Shown here piece by piece: positions 28,299-39,032 of a stretch of 59,771 bases of DNA. Each line of letters starts with the position of its first letter. Within the stretch, counting starts at the first letter, position 1. The translations under genes and the position numbers were made by a program. The stretch spans positions 1-59,771 of the forward strand of contig JBGPXN010000006.1 of NCBI GenBank assembly GCA_041492755.1, written 5' to 3'. This stretch comes from Candidatus Methylomirabilia bacterium (lineage in GTDB: Bacteria > Methylomirabilota > Methylomirabilia > Rokubacteriales > CSP1-6). The notes beneath the pieces were generated by a model. The model had not been told where the DNA came from, did no database searches, and saw nothing but the letters and a program-made list of their open reading frames with translations.

Positions 28299-29534
28299 TC
28301 AGCCGCCGAGACGGTGAAAGACGAGGCCGTCGAGCAGCTTGGGGTAGAAGTGGGTGGACTTCTGCGGCATCAGCTCACCGCCTCGCACCACCGCCTGGAG
28401 CTCTTCCGGCGTCGTTGGCGCGATCAGGAAGGCCGCCTGGTAGCGGCCCGCCCGCGCGAGCGCGACGGCCTCGGCCTGGTCGGCGGTGTAGTCGACGTTG
28501 GTCCTGGCCTCGAGCTTCTCGTCGGTGATGTCGAGCAGCGGGCGCAGCAGTCCCTCGTGCAGGACGGACACCGCGAGCTGCCGCCACGCCGGTGACGTGC
28601 CTGCGGCCCACGCGATGCGATCGGCGGCGGCGTCACGCAGCCGGAGCGCGAGGGCGTGCGCGCCCGCGACCACGCCGATGCGCCGATTCCCGGGACGAAA
28701 CGCGACGGGATCCGCGAGCGGCTCGACGTCGAACCAGGCGCGCGCGGCCTCGACGAACCGCGCGACGTCGAAGCCGGCGACGTCGTGGACCAGTCGATGA
28801 TTCGGAAGGATCGTGAGACCCGGCGCCTCCGGGGTGAAGAACGCCATCATCTTGTGGCCGGCGCCCTGGTGCCGCGCGGCGTAGGCGAGGGCGGTTTCGT
28901 AGCGGTGATGGCCGTCGGCGATGATCGTCTGCCGCGGCGCCATCAGTCCGGCGACGCGCGCGATGGCGGTGGCGTCGGTCATCCGCCACAGGCGATGCAG
29001 CTCGCCGCGCAGGTCGCGCGCTTCGGCGACGGGATCACCGGCGGGCGCGGTCGCCCGGCGCAGGGTCCCGTCGGGGTCGCCCACCAGCATGAAGATCAGC
29101 CCGACGTCGGCGCCGGTCGCTTCGAGCAGCCGCATGCGATCCTGCTTGGGCCCCGGGTGCGTCCGCTCGTGCGGCAGCACGACGTTCTCCGCGTAGTCGG
29201 TCACCTCCCCGAGCGCGACGAAGCCCTGGCGGGTGATGGGGCGGTCACCCACCGTGTACGTCTGCGTATAGGGATAGATCGCCGGCCGTTCGTCGCGCGG
29301 CCAGACGCCCGAGGCCAGCCACTCGTCGAGGACCACGCGCGCCTGCGCATAGCCGTCGCCGCCCCCCTCCGCCTCCTTGGGCAGCGTGACGCGCACGATG
29401 TTGAAGGGGCTCATCGCATAGAGCCGGTCCTGCATCTCGGAGCTGATCTGATCGTACGGCGGCGCCACGATCCTGGACAGATCGCGCTCGCCGCCGCCGC
29501 CGTAGCGATAGCCCTGGAACGGACGGATGCGCAC
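28299..29534 (-). CDS. DUF1015 family protein
   Basis: IRPFQG, APPYD, VLPHERT, IADGHHRYETA, MPQKSTHFYPKL. Confidence 0.9.
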   Translation of the reverse strand: MRIRPFQGYRYGGGGERDLSRIVAPPYDQISSEMQDRLYAMSPFNIVRVTLPKEAEGGGDGYAQARVVLDEWLASGVWPRDERPAIYPYTQTYTVGDRPITRQGFVALGEVTDYAENVVLPHERTHPGPKQDRMRLLEATGADVGLIFMLVGDPDGTLRRATAPAGDPVAEARDLRGELHRLWRMTDATAIARVAGLMAPRQTIIADGHHRYETALAYAARHQGAGHKMMAFFTPEAPGLTILPNHRLVHDVAGFDVARFVEAARAWFDVEPLADPVAFRPGNRRIGVVAGAHALALRLRDAAADRIAWAAGTSPAWRQLAVSVLHEGLLRPLLDITDEKLEARTNVDYTADQAEAVALARAGRYQAAFLIAPTTPEELQAVVRGGELMPQKSTHFYPKLLDGLVFHRLGG

Positions 29535-29611
29535 GGTCAGTGGGCGGCGTTGCGGAGGGTGTTCATACCGTGGGCGCGCTACGGGCGGGGCTCATCGGGC
29601 CGACGTTCCGA

Positions 29612-30328
29612 TCAGGACGCGCTCGTGGTGGCGCTCCCGACCCCACTGAGCCGCCGCTGCAGGTCCACGATGTGGGTGGCCATGACGGCGCGCGCGCGCT
29701 CCAGATCGCGCGCGGCGATCGCATCCACGATCCCTTGATGCGCGCGGTCGACGTGCACGCGATCCTCACCGACCAGCCGGGGCTGGGGCACCACGCCGAT
29801 CTCGACCTCCAACAACGCGTCGATCAGCAGCGTGTGCACGGGATTGCGGGCGGTGGCGGCGACGAGACGATGGAAGCGAAGGTCGGCCTCACGCGGATCG
29901 GCGCCGGCGGCGGTGCGCGCGGCCGCCTCGTCCAGCACCGCGAGGAGCGCCTTCACGTCCATCTCCGTCGCCCGCAGCGCGGCCAGCTGCGCGATCTCCG
30001 GCTCGACGAGCAGGCGAGCTTCCATGAGCTGCGCCAGCGACACGTGCGAAAGCCGCAGCAGCGTGCGCAGGTCGCGGCCGAGCAGCCCGCCGTCCACGGC
30101 ACGAACGAAGTAACCACCCGCCGCGCCGTGCCGCACCTCGAGCAGGCCGCGGTGCTCGAGCGTTCGTAGCGCCTCGCGCACGGCGACGCGGCTGGCGCCG
30201 ACGTCGCGCGCGAGCGTGCGCTCGGGCGGAAGCTTGTCGCCTTGCTGGAGGCGGCCGTCGAGGATCGCGCTCTCGACACGCGCGGCGATGTGCTCGTATA
30301 CGCGCGGAGCACGGGTCGACGTCAGCAT
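29612..30328 (-). CDS. GntR family (FadR subfamily) transcriptional regulator
   Basis: GDKLPPERTLA..GASR.AVREAL wHTH; FCD domain with EAR..VE, D.RFH, N, H. Confidence 0.92.
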   Translation of the reverse strand: MLTSTRAPRVYEHIAARVESAILDGRLQQGDKLPPERTLARDVGASRVAVREALRTLEHRGLLEVRHGAAGGYFVRAVDGGLLGRDLRTLLRLSHVSLAQLMEARLLVEPEIAQLAALRATEMDVKALLAVLDEAAARTAAGADPREADLRFHRLVAATARNPVHTLLIDALLEVEIGVVPQPRLVGEDRVHVDRAHQGIVDAIAARDLERARAVMATHIVDLQRRLSGVGSATTSAS

Positions 30329-30417
30329 CGTGCGGCCACTGTCCGATCAAAGTCGGGTGAAGTCAAGTGGTGGTAACCCCGACAGCACGCACAATCGCGC
30401 AGTATACTTTCGGGCCA

Positions 30418-30564
30418 ATGACGAAACGCGAGCGCGTCGCCGCCGCCCTCGCCCGCGCGCCCGTGGATCGCGCTCCGGTGGCCGAAGACGTCCCCGACGA
30501 ACGTCTCGAAGCCGTCGTGGCGACGGTCAAAGAGTCGATGCCGGTGAAGGCGTCCGCTCGCTAG
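30418..30564 (+). pseudogene. Internally deleted uroporphyrinogen decarboxylase-family (URO-D/MtaA-like) remnant
   Basis: MTKRERVAAALARAPVDRAPVA|EDVPDERLEAVVATVKE: the family start (RER..AAL....DR.P) fused in-frame to the family end (vP.E.l.A.v..v). Confidence 0.6.
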
Positions 30565-30580
30565 CGGCTGAAGTCGCCGC

Positions 30581-31234
30581 TCAGGCCCTCCGGCCGTCGA
30601 TCCAGTCGAGGAAGGCGCCGGCGATGCGCTCGGCGAGCGCCGGTGCCGCGTCCGCCTCGCCGACGAGGTCGTGGGCGCCGCCCTCCACGATCAGCAATCC
30701 CGTCGGCGCCGGCACCAGCGCTTGCGCCGCACCGATCTCCTCCGGCGTGCCGAATCCGTCGCGTGTGCCGTGCACGAAGAACGCGGGCACGCGCAGCGCC
30801 GCGAGGTGCGCAATACGGGGCGCGCCCGGACGATTGGGCGGATGCAGCGGATAGGACGAGAGCAGAAGCGCGTCGGCGACCGCGGGCGCGGCCGCCGCGA
30901 GCATGCTGGCCTGGCGCCCGCCGTACGAATGCCCACCGAGGAACACCCGGCCGGGCGCGAGCTTCCGAATGGCGGCGACGGCGACGCTCAGGCCCTCGCG
31001 ATCACGAGCGGCACCGGCTGGCGACGGTGGCCCCATTCGCCGCAATTGCCGGTAGGGAAGATCGCACCGAAGCGCGCTGACGCCCCGGGCGGCGAAGGCG
31101 CTGGCCAGCGCGACGAGGAGCGCCCGGTGGCAGTCCGAGCCGGCGCCATGAGTCAGCACGACGCCGTCTCGCCCCGTCGCCGCCCGGTGAAGCACGCCGC
31201 GCACCGCGGGCCCATCGCCGTCGCCGCGCCGCAC
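30581..31234 (-). CDS. Alpha/beta hydrolase (KANL3/Tex30-like)
   Basis: LTHGAG, GGHSYGGR, SYPLHPP, HGTRD, GAHDL. Start uncertain. Confidence 0.85.
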   Translation of the reverse strand: MRRGDGDGPAVRGVLHRAATGRDGVVLTHGAGSDCHRALLVALASAFAARGVSALRCDLPYRQLRRMGPPSPAGAARDREGLSVAVAAIRKLAPGRVFLGGHSYGGRQASMLAAAAPAVADALLLSSYPLHPPNRPGAPRIAHLAALRVPAFFVHGTRDGFGTPEEIGAAQALVPAPTGLLIVEGGAHDLVGEADAAPALAERIAGAFLDWIDGRRA

Positions 31235-31288
31235 GAACGGCTCGACCGGGGAGGAAGCGCTACCGATGGCCGGTCGGCAGCATGTGGC

Positions 31289-32344
31289 TCATGCGACCGT
31301 CAGCGGCAGTCGGATCGTTTCGCCGCGGGCCGCGCTCCGGGCCACCGCCTCGGTGAACTCCATGTACCGCACGCCGTCCTCGAAGCCGGTATGCGTCACC
31401 CGCTCTTTGCCGCGCACGGCGTTGACGAACTCCTCCTCGACGCGCCAGCCGCCCCGCCGTTCCGTCGGGATGGCGATCTCGGCCAGCGCCTTGTCTCCCC
31501 GTCGCCCGCCCGACAGCCGCTGCGGGTCCACTTCCATGCGCAGCGTGCCTTCGCTCCCGTAGATCCACGCCTCGTTGCCGGGCGCGAGCGCCGTCACGCT
31601 GCTGAATCGCAAGTGCGCGATCCCGCCGCGCTCGAGATCGGCCAGGATGTCCACGTGGTCCGGCACCCGGACCTGCTTCATCACGCCGCTGCCGTCGCGC
31701 CGCTGCGGGACCACCACGGAGGTCATGGCGGACACGCGGGCCGCGGGTCCCACCCAGCGCATCATCGCTTCGTACCAGATCCCCATGTTGAGGATGTTGA
31801 AGCCGCTGAGGCTCATGTCTTGCCGCCAGTGCAGCGGCGCGGCGCGCTCGACGAACTTGCCCTGGGTGGCGCGCACCTCGACGGCGAGCACGTCACCGAG
31901 GTAGCCGTCGGCGATCATCGACTTCAACGTCGCGTCGGCCCAGAGCGTGTGGGGCGCCGGCACGAGCTGGGTCACGAGGTTCGGCACCCGCCGCGAGACC
32001 TCGAGCATGGTGCGGGCCTCGGCGGCGTTCATGGCCATCCGCGCTTCGCAGAGGACGTGCTTGCCGCGGGCGAGCGCGGCAAGCGTGACCGGCGCGTGCA
32101 GGTACGGCCAGGTCCCGATGCAGATGGCGTTGGTGTCGTCGGCGTCGACGAGCTGCTGCCACGTGTCGTACACGCGCGCGATGCCGAAGTCCTTCGCCGC
32201 CTTCTCGCCGGATTCGCGCGACCGGTTGGCGACGCTGACGATCTCCACGCCCGGCTGGGCTTTCAGGTTCGGGATGTGGTACTTGCGCGTGTTCGCGCCC
32301 GCGCCAACGACACCGACCCGCAGCGTCCCGATTTCACCGCTCAC
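31289..32344 (-). CDS. Gfo/Idh/MocA family oxidoreductase
   Basis: AAGGAGG RBS plus GTG; GVVGAG, GKHVLCEARMA. Confidence 0.9.
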   Translation of the reverse strand: MSGEIGTLRVGVVGAGANTRKYHIPNLKAQPGVEIVSVANRSRESGEKAAKDFGIARVYDTWQQLVDADDTNAICIGTWPYLHAPVTLAALARGKHVLCEARMAMNAAEARTMLEVSRRVPNLVTQLVPAPHTLWADATLKSMIADGYLGDVLAVEVRATQGKFVERAAPLHWRQDMSLSGFNILNMGIWYEAMMRWVGPAARVSAMTSVVVPQRRDGSGVMKQVRVPDHVDILADLERGGIAHLRFSSVTALAPGNEAWIYGSEGTLRMEVDPQRLSGGRRGDKALAEIAIPTERRGGWRVEEEFVNAVRGKERVTHTGFEDGVRYMEFTEAVARSAARGETIRLPLTVA

Positions 32345-32507
32345 GCCGTCCTCCTTGTGCGGCCGCACGCCCGCTGCGCCCGCGTCACTGTTGGTCCATT
32401 CGAGCGAGGCCGATGCTACCACGCGGTCGTCGCTGCCGGTTCCGCCTGTGCCCTCCCGCGGGGAGACCGGCGCCCAGCGCCCGCCAATGATCAGCGGTGG
32501 CGAGCGG

Positions 32508-33440
32508 TCAGCGACGGCGGAGCTTGGGGTCCCAGGCGTCGCGGAGGGTGTCGCCGAAGAGGTTGAAGGCGAGAACCGCGAGGCTGATGGCGAGCCCGGG
32601 GAAGATGGCCAGCCAGGGCGCCTGCTCCATGAACGCCCTTCCCGTGCTGCTCAGCATCAGCCCCCACGACGGTGTGGGCGGCTGCGTGCCGACCCCCAGG
32701 AAGCTCAGCGTCGCCTCGATGAGGATGGCGTTGCCCAGCCAGATCGACGCGATGACGAGGATCGGGGCCGTCACGTTGGGCAGGATGTGCTTGGCGAGGA
32801 TGTAGAGATGACGGCAGCCCAGAGCCTGGGCCGCCTCGACGTACCGGTTCTGCTTGGCCGACAGCACCGCGCCGCGGACGATCCGCGAGTTGCCCGGGAT
32901 GATCACCATCGCGATCGCGAGCATCGCGTTGGTCGTGTTGGGCCTCAACACCGAGACGATGGCCAGGGCCAGGACGAGGCCGGGAATGGCCTGGATCGCG
33001 TCCATGACCCGCTGGAGCATGAGGTCGAGCCGCCCCTCGCAGTAGCCGCACGCCAGGCCGATGATCATGCCGACCGCGGTGCCGATGCCGACGGCGATCA
33101 GCCCCACCCACAGCGAGATCCGGCTGCCGTGAACCACGCGACTGAAGACGTCGCGGCCGATGTCGTCGGTGCCGAAGAAGTGCGCGCGACTCGGCGCCTG
33201 CAGCCGGATCTCGGGCCGGGCGTCCAGAGGGTCGTAGGGCGCCAGCACGTCGGCGAAGATGGCCGTGAACACGAGCAGCACGAGCAGCCCGGCCGACACC
33301 GCCCCCAGCGGCTTGCGCCTCAGCGTGACCCCCAGCAACCGAAGCCGGCTCGGGCTCGCCGCCGTCGCCGGCTCGACGGCCAACACCCCCGCCGTCACCG
33401 TCGACATCGACGCCCCGACGGCCGAGCGATCGCCGTTCAC
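32508..33440 (-). CDS. Peptide/nickel ABC transporter permease (DppC-like)
   Basis: [12 protein letters not shown] loop [27 protein letters not shown]. Alternative start at 33407. Confidence 0.9.
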   Translation of the reverse strand: MNGDRSAVGASMSTVTAGVLAVEPATAASPSRLRLLGVTLRRKPLGAVSAGLLVLLVFTAIFADVLAPYDPLDARPEIRLQAPSRAHFFGTDDIGRDVFSRVVHGSRISLWVGLIAVGIGTAVGMIIGLACGYCEGRLDLMLQRVMDAIQAIPGLVLALAIVSVLRPNTTNAMLAIAMVIIPGNSRIVRGAVLSAKQNRYVEAAQALGCRHLYILAKHILPNVTAPILVIASIWLGNAILIEATLSFLGVGTQPPTPSWGLMLSSTGRAFMEQAPWLAIFPGLAISLAVLAFNLFGDTLRDAWDPKLRRR

Positions 33441-33450
33441 CGTCGTGCCC

Positions 33451-34401
33451 TTACCGATACCGGATCCGTGGATCCAGCCACGCATAGGTCAGATCCACGA
33501 AGAGGTTCAACGAGACGAGGATCCCGGCCACGAGCATGACGTTGGTCTGCACGACCGGGTAATCCCGGTAGAGGATCGCTTCCACGGTCAACCGGCCCAT
33601 CCCGGGGAGCGCGAAGATCGTCTCCACGACGACGGTGCCGGCCAGCAGGGTGCCGATCTGCCCGCCCACGATGGTGACGACCGGAATGAGCGCATTTCTC
33701 AGCGCGTGCTTGTACACGACGATCCGTCCCGCCAGACCCTTGGCCTGGGCGGTACGGACGTAGTCCTCGCGCAGCACTTCCAGCACGGTCGAGCGCGTCA
33801 TGCGCATGGTCGCGGCGGACAGGCGGAAGCCGAGCACGGCCGCGGGCAGCAGGAACTGCTGGAGATTGCGCCAGGGCGAGTCCCACAGGCTCACGTACCC
33901 GATCGGGGGGATCCAGTGGAACCAGATCGCCGCGAACGTGATGACGATCGTTCCCAGCCAGAAGTCGGGCAGGCTGAGGCCGGACACGGCGACGACACGG
34001 CCCACGTAATCCGGGGTCGTGTCCTGTCGCGTGGCCGACAGTATACCGATCGGAATGGCGATGACCAGCCCCATGATCATGGCCAGCGTCGCCAGCTCGA
34101 GGGTGACAGGGATGGCCTTCTTGAGCGCCACCGGAATCGGCTCGTTCGTAAAGATCGAGTAGCCTGGGTCGAACGTCACCATCTGCCAGAGCCACACCAT
34201 GTATTGCTCGTGGTACGGACGGTCGAGACCCAGGTCCTTGCGGAGCTTCTGAAGCTCGCGCTCGCCGACGTTGCCGGACTCCCCCATCAAGGCGATCAGC
34301 GCGTCCCCCGGCATCACGCGCATCAGGCCGAACACGATCAGGGAAGAGAGCAGCAGCACCGGGATCGCCAGCAGGAGCCGGCGGATCACGTACTTGTACA
34401 C
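33451..34401 (-). CDS. Peptide/nickel ABC transporter permease (DppB-like)
   Basis: [36 protein letters not shown]. Confidence 0.92.
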   Translation of the reverse strand: MYKYVIRRLLLAIPVLLLSSLIVFGLMRVMPGDALIALMGESGNVGERELQKLRKDLGLDRPYHEQYMVWLWQMVTFDPGYSIFTNEPIPVALKKAIPVTLELATLAMIMGLVIAIPIGILSATRQDTTPDYVGRVVAVSGLSLPDFWLGTIVITFAAIWFHWIPPIGYVSLWDSPWRNLQQFLLPAAVLGFRLSAATMRMTRSTVLEVLREDYVRTAQAKGLAGRIVVYKHALRNALIPVVTIVGGQIGTLLAGTVVVETIFALPGMGRLTVEAILYRDYPVVQTNVMLVAGILVSLNLFVDLTYAWLDPRIRYR

Positions 34402-34427
34402 GGCGGCGCCGCGCCTCGCGGGCTCCC

Positions 34428-36116
34428 CTACTTATCGAGCCAGAGCCGGGCGACGGTCGGCGATCCGTAGCCGTCGGCGCGTCGGAGGGCGAGGCTGGCC
34501 ATGTTCCGCAGGTACGGCTGGTAGAGCAAGAAGCCGGCGTCGTACGGCATCCACATCCGGAGCACCTGGTCGAACTCCCGATCGACGATCTTCTTGGTGA
34601 TCACCCGCTGCTCGGCGCGATCGGGCGTCAGTCTGAGCTTCGTGGTCAGCTCGTCGATCACGGGGTCGTTGACGCGGAAGAAGTTCTTGGTGGACTTGGA
34701 GTGCAGGTACTGGTACGTCCGCTCGTCGAGGCCCACCGCGTGGCCCGATTGGAACCCCCACGACATCCCGTCCCATTTGTTCTCGACGTAGCGGCCGTAG
34801 TACGTCGTGTAGTCGAGCTTGGTGATCTTGACGTTGATGTTGAGGTTCTTCTTGAGGTCCTGCTGGACGAGCTGGACCTGCGACGTCATCTGCGGCCAGT
34901 ACTCGTAGTAGAAGATCGTCGTCTCGAATCCGCTGGGATGGCCGGCTTCGGCGAGGAGCTTCTTCGCCTCCGCCGGGCGGTACTGCGACCACGGACCGAG
35001 CTGGGCCAGCGTGGGCATCTTGTCCTGGTAATAGACGTAGGGGACGCCCCAACCGGGGATCCCGTGCCCCTCGAAGACCGTGTCCACTTGCTTCTGGCGG
35101 TCGATGGCCATGGACATGGCGCGCCGCACGCGAATGTCGTTGAAAGGCGGCTTGTCCTGCGCGAGGGCCAGGCCGAAGGGCGCCAGCACGTTCTTGTACT
35201 CCTGCACGACGGCGGCGGGGTTCGTCTTGCGGACGACCTCCACTTCGCCCAGGCTCGCCACCTGCAGGATGTCGCTTTGCCCCGTGCGGAACGCGGCGAT
35301 GCGAGTCGCCATATCGGGCGTCGAGAGGATGATGTACTCATCGACGTACGGCCGGCCCTTGTCGAAGTAGTCGGGGTTGCGCGCGAGCACCACGCGCACC
35401 TTGCGCGTGTGCTCCTTCAGAATGTACGGCCCGGTGCCGATCAGGCGCTTCTTGAGATCGCCGTCCTGTTCGAGGACCTCGCGGGAGAAGATCACCGTGA
35501 CGGACTCGGCGACGTTCTGTGGGAACAACACGTTGGGCGTGTGGAGATGGACGCGCAGCGTGTACTTGTCCGGCGTCTCCATCCCCTCGATCTCACGGAA
35601 ATTGAACGACTGCACGCCCTCCTTAGCGTAGGCCTCGAAGCAGTACTTGACGTCGGCCGCTACCAGCTCGCGCCCGTTCAGCGGCGGGAGGTTGTGCCAC
35701 TTGACCCCCTGGCGCAGCTTGAACGTCCACGTCCGGTAGTCGGCGCTGGACTGCCACGACTCCGCGAGATCGCCCTTGATCGTGAGGTCGTTGGTGCCGG
35801 TCGCCTCTTCAGGGAACGCGTAACGGACGAGGCGGCTGCTGGTGAGGCCGGCGAACTGGAAGAGCCCGATCGATTGCGTCAGCCGGGGATCGAGCACCGG
35901 CGGGTCCCAGGCGGAGGCCCGCGTCAGAACCCCGCCCCGCTTGGGTGTCTTGGTGCTCGACGCGATCCAGTCCGGGTAGGGCGACACGGCCGCCGCCGAG
36001 GCGCGTCCGTGATCGGCGACGACGAGGGCGGTGGCGCCCACGGCGGCGCACGCGAGGAATTCACGACGGCTGACGTGATGTCGGGAGGCGATCGGACCAC
36101 GGTCGTTCGTAGGCAT
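34428..36116 (-). CDS. ABC substrate-binding protein, family 5, with Tat signal
   Basis: SRREFL twin-arginine motif; LAESWQ..FKLRQGVKWH; IGTGPY. Confidence 0.9.
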   Translation of the reverse strand: MPTNDRGPIASRHHVSRREFLACAAVGATALVVADHGRASAAAVSPYPDWIASSTKTPKRGGVLTRASAWDPPVLDPRLTQSIGLFQFAGLTSSRLVRYAFPEEATGTNDLTIKGDLAESWQSSADYRTWTFKLRQGVKWHNLPPLNGRELVAADVKYCFEAYAKEGVQSFNFREIEGMETPDKYTLRVHLHTPNVLFPQNVAESVTVIFSREVLEQDGDLKKRLIGTGPYILKEHTRKVRVVLARNPDYFDKGRPYVDEYIILSTPDMATRIAAFRTGQSDILQVASLGEVEVVRKTNPAAVVQEYKNVLAPFGLALAQDKPPFNDIRVRRAMSMAIDRQKQVDTVFEGHGIPGWGVPYVYYQDKMPTLAQLGPWSQYRPAEAKKLLAEAGHPSGFETTIFYYEYWPQMTSQVQLVQQDLKKNLNINVKITKLDYTTYYGRYVENKWDGMSWGFQSGHAVGLDERTYQYLHSKSTKNFFRVNDPVIDELTTKLRLTPDRAEQRVITKKIVDREFDQVLRMWMPYDAGFLLYQPYLRNMASLALRRADGYGSPTVARLWLDK

Positions 36117-36342
36117 CCGGGACTCTCCTTCTCTGAGCGATCGTGAAGGCTCGGGACGCTGACGCCGGGTGCCGCCGACGTTGCCGTAGTCGCGACGGTA
36201 AGTCAAGACCTAGCTCGTCAGAACGGCTCACACGGGCCTGTAGACGGCCGGCCACGCGATGGCCATAGTGGACCGTCGGCGAAGCCGGCGCCCGGCCGCG
36301 CAAGCACGGGAGAGACCTTCAAGCACAGGAGAGAGACCAGCG

Positions 36343-37365
36343 ATGCCCGACTTCGTGTACGTGTCGCTCCAGGGAGACGACAAGATCCTCCGATTCGCGA
36401 CCGATCCCGCGACCGGTGAGCTGGACCCGCTCGGCGAGGTGCCGGTTCCCGGCGGGCCGGCGCCGATGGTGGTCGATCCCGCGCAGCGCTACCTGCACGT
36501 GGCCCGACGCGGCGAGTGCAAGATATCGAGCTTCCGGATCGATCAGCGGACGGGCGATCTCTCGCTCATCGGGACCGTGCCGCTGCCCACCGACCCCTGC
36601 TATCTCGGCATCGACCGCAAGGGACGATTCTTGCTCTCGGCGTACTACGAAGGGCGCGGCGTCGCCGTGCATCCCATCGGCGACGACGGCGCCGTCGCCG
36701 ATCCACCGATCGAGCGGCGCGACACGGCCCGGGGCGCCCATTGCTTCCAGACCGATCCGTCCAACCGCTTCGCCTTCGTGCCGCACATCGCGGGGCGGGG
36801 CCCGAACGCGATCTGGCAATTCAGGTTCGACGAGGAGACGGGGCACCTCACGCCGAACTCACCAGCCAAGGTCGTCCCCGACGAGCCGGTGGGCCCGCGC
36901 CACTACTGCTTTCATCCGTTCCGGGGCGTCGTGTATTTCTCCAACGAGCAGGGATGCAGCGTCACGGCGTACCGCTTCGATCCGTCGACGGGCACGTTGA
37001 GCGCCATGCAGACGGTGTCGACGTTGCCGAGCGGCTACGACGGCAAGAACTCCTGCGCGCAGATCCGGATGCACCCGTCGGGACGCTTTCTCTACGCGCC
37101 GAACCGCGGGCACAACAGCATCGCCTGCTTCGCCGTCGACGCGTCGACCGGCCTCTTGACGCCGACCGGGCACGCCGCGGCCGAGCCCGTGCCCCGCGCC
37201 TTCAATCTCGACGCCGACGGCAACTTCCTGTACGCCGCCGGGCTCGAGTCGGGCCGCCTCACCGCCTTCCGAATCGACGGCGACACGGGACGGCTGGAGG
37301 CGCTGAAGACCTATCCCCTCGGCACGCGGCCGATGTGGGTGCTGACGCTCCGGCTGACGACGTGA
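36343..37365 (+). CDS. Lactonase family 7-bladed propeller (6-phosphogluconolactonase-like)
   Basis: AHCF, GPRH, SNE, PNRGHNSIA, PRAFNL. Confidence 0.88.
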   Translation: MPDFVYVSLQGDDKILRFATDPATGELDPLGEVPVPGGPAPMVVDPAQRYLHVARRGECKISSFRIDQRTGDLSLIGTVPLPTDPCYLGIDRKGRFLLSAYYEGRGVAVHPIGDDGAVADPPIERRDTARGAHCFQTDPSNRFAFVPHIAGRGPNAIWQFRFDEETGHLTPNSPAKVVPDEPVGPRHYCFHPFRGVVYFSNEQGCSVTAYRFDPSTGTLSAMQTVSTLPSGYDGKNSCAQIRMHPSGRFLYAPNRGHNSIACFAVDASTGLLTPTGHAAAEPVPRAFNLDADGNFLYAAGLESGRLTAFRIDGDTGRLEALKTYPLGTRPMWVLTLRLTT

Positions 37366-37405
37366 GGGCCCGCGGGACGGAGCGCTCCTCGATAGGCCGA
37401 CGCTT

Positions 37406-37825
37406 CTAACCGTTCTTGAAGGCGCCCGCCTCGTCGAGCTCCATCAGGGCCTTCACGCCCGCGCTGAGCGTCGGCCCGCCGCCGGGCACCGCCGCCGACT
37501 GGACCGCCTCCAGCAGCTCCCGCTTGGTGGCCCCGTGGTCGATGGCCCGGCGCATGTGCGCGTGGAGGCCTTCCTGGCTTCCGCCGCGATACATCAGGAT
37601 GCCGAGAATGACCATCTCGCGGTACTTGATCGACAGCGCCTTGCCTTCGCCGACCGACAGCGCGCTCAGCGGCTGCCGGGCCCGGACGTACTCCGGATCT
37701 TCCTGGGCCAGCCAGTCCCAGAACGGATAGCCGTAGGGACTGGCCGCCCGCGCGTCGGCCTTGGCGCTACTGGAGACCTTACCGGCTCGGGCCGGCTTCG
37801 CTGCGCGACCGCGGCGTTGGCTCAT
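37406..37825 (-). CDS. Carboxymuconolactone decarboxylase (CMD/AhpD-like) family protein
   Basis: ALSIKYREMV, HMRRAIDHGATKRELLEA, PGG. Confidence 0.82.
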   Translation of the reverse strand: MSQRRGRAAKPARAGKVSSSAKADARAASPYGYPFWDWLAQEDPEYVRARQPLSALSVGEGKALSIKYREMVILGILMYRGGSQEGLHAHMRRAIDHGATKRELLEAVQSAAVPGGGPTLSAGVKALMELDEAGAFKNG

Positions 37826-37835
37826 CGTTGCCTCC

Positions 37836-38915
37836 TTACTCGAACATCAATACGGTGCGGGCGACCTCGCCGGCCTTCATGGCGCGGAACGCCTCGTTCA
37901 CGTCCTCGAGCCGTCCGCGGCGCGTGATCATCTCGTCGAGCTTGAGACGGCCCTGACGATAGAAGTCGATGTAGCGCGGCATGTCGACCTTGAAGCGGTT
38001 GGAGCCCATGCTGCAGCCCTGGATCCGCTTCTCGCGCAGGAACATCGGCCCGTCCAGCTCGATCTTCTGGCCGACCGGGATCATGCCGATCACGGTCGCG
38101 GTGCCGCCCGGCCGGATGCAGTCGAAGCACTGCTCGGCCGCGATCTTGAGGCCGATCGCCTCGAAGGAGTAATCGACGCCGCCGTTGGTCATCACGCGGA
38201 TCGCCTTCACCGGATCGTCGACGGAGGCGTTGACGGTGTGGGTCGCCCCCAGCTCCCGCGCCTTGGCGAACTTTCCCTCCACCGTGTCCACGGCGATGAT
38301 CATGCGCGCGCCCGCGATGCGCGCGCCCTGGATGGCCGACAGCCCCACGCCCCCGGCGCCGAAGACGGCCACCGTCGACCCCGCCTCGATCCGGGCGGTG
38401 TTGAGCACGGCGCCGACGCCGGTGGTGACGCCGCAGCCGATGAGGGCCGCGCGGTCCAGCGGCATGTCGTCGGCGATCTTCACGAGCGCGTTCTCGTGGA
38501 CCAGTATCTGCTCGGCGTAGGCGGAGAGGTTGGCGAACTGGTTTACGGGCTGGCCCTTCCACGAGAGTTTGGGCGGCTCGTCCTTGGCGCGCACCGGACG
38601 GGTCTGGCAGAGATGAGTCTTGCCGGTCAGGCAGTACTCGCAGGCGCCGCAGAAGACGGACAGACAGGCGATGACGTGATCGCCCGGCTTGAGCTCCGTG
38701 ATGTGGGGACCCACCGCTTCCACGATCCCGGCCGCCTCGTGGCCGAGGATCGCGGGTGTGGGAAACGGATAGTAGCCGTCGACGAAGTGCAGGTCGCTGT
38801 GACAGACGCCGGAGGCGACGACGCGCACGAGCACCTCGCGCCTCCTAGGCTTGTCGATGTCGACGTCCTCGATTGTCAGCGGCTGGTGGGGACCGTGGAA
38901 CACGGCAGCTTTCAT
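37836..38915 (-). CDS. Zn-dependent alcohol dehydrogenase
   Basis: CHSD, GHEAAG, CGACEYC..C structural Zn site, GCGVTTG, GAGGVG. Confidence 0.93.
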   Translation of the reverse strand: MKAAVFHGPHQPLTIEDVDIDKPRRREVLVRVVASGVCHSDLHFVDGYYPFPTPAILGHEAAGIVEAVGPHITELKPGDHVIACLSVFCGACEYCLTGKTHLCQTRPVRAKDEPPKLSWKGQPVNQFANLSAYAEQILVHENALVKIADDMPLDRAALIGCGVTTGVGAVLNTARIEAGSTVAVFGAGGVGLSAIQGARIAGARMIIAVDTVEGKFAKARELGATHTVNASVDDPVKAIRVMTNGGVDYSFEAIGLKIAAEQCFDCIRPGGTATVIGMIPVGQKIELDGPMFLREKRIQGCSMGSNRFKVDMPRYIDFYRQGRLKLDEMITRRGRLEDVNEAFRAMKAGEVARTVLMFE

Positions 38916-39032
38916 CGCACCCTCCTGTCGACCTCTCGCACGCCCTATACACCGCGGCTGACTCCGCCGCAAGCGGCGTGCGGGAGGGCTCGTCAATCCT
39001 GCTATCCTTCCCCGAGCCGGGAGGCTCCGCGC

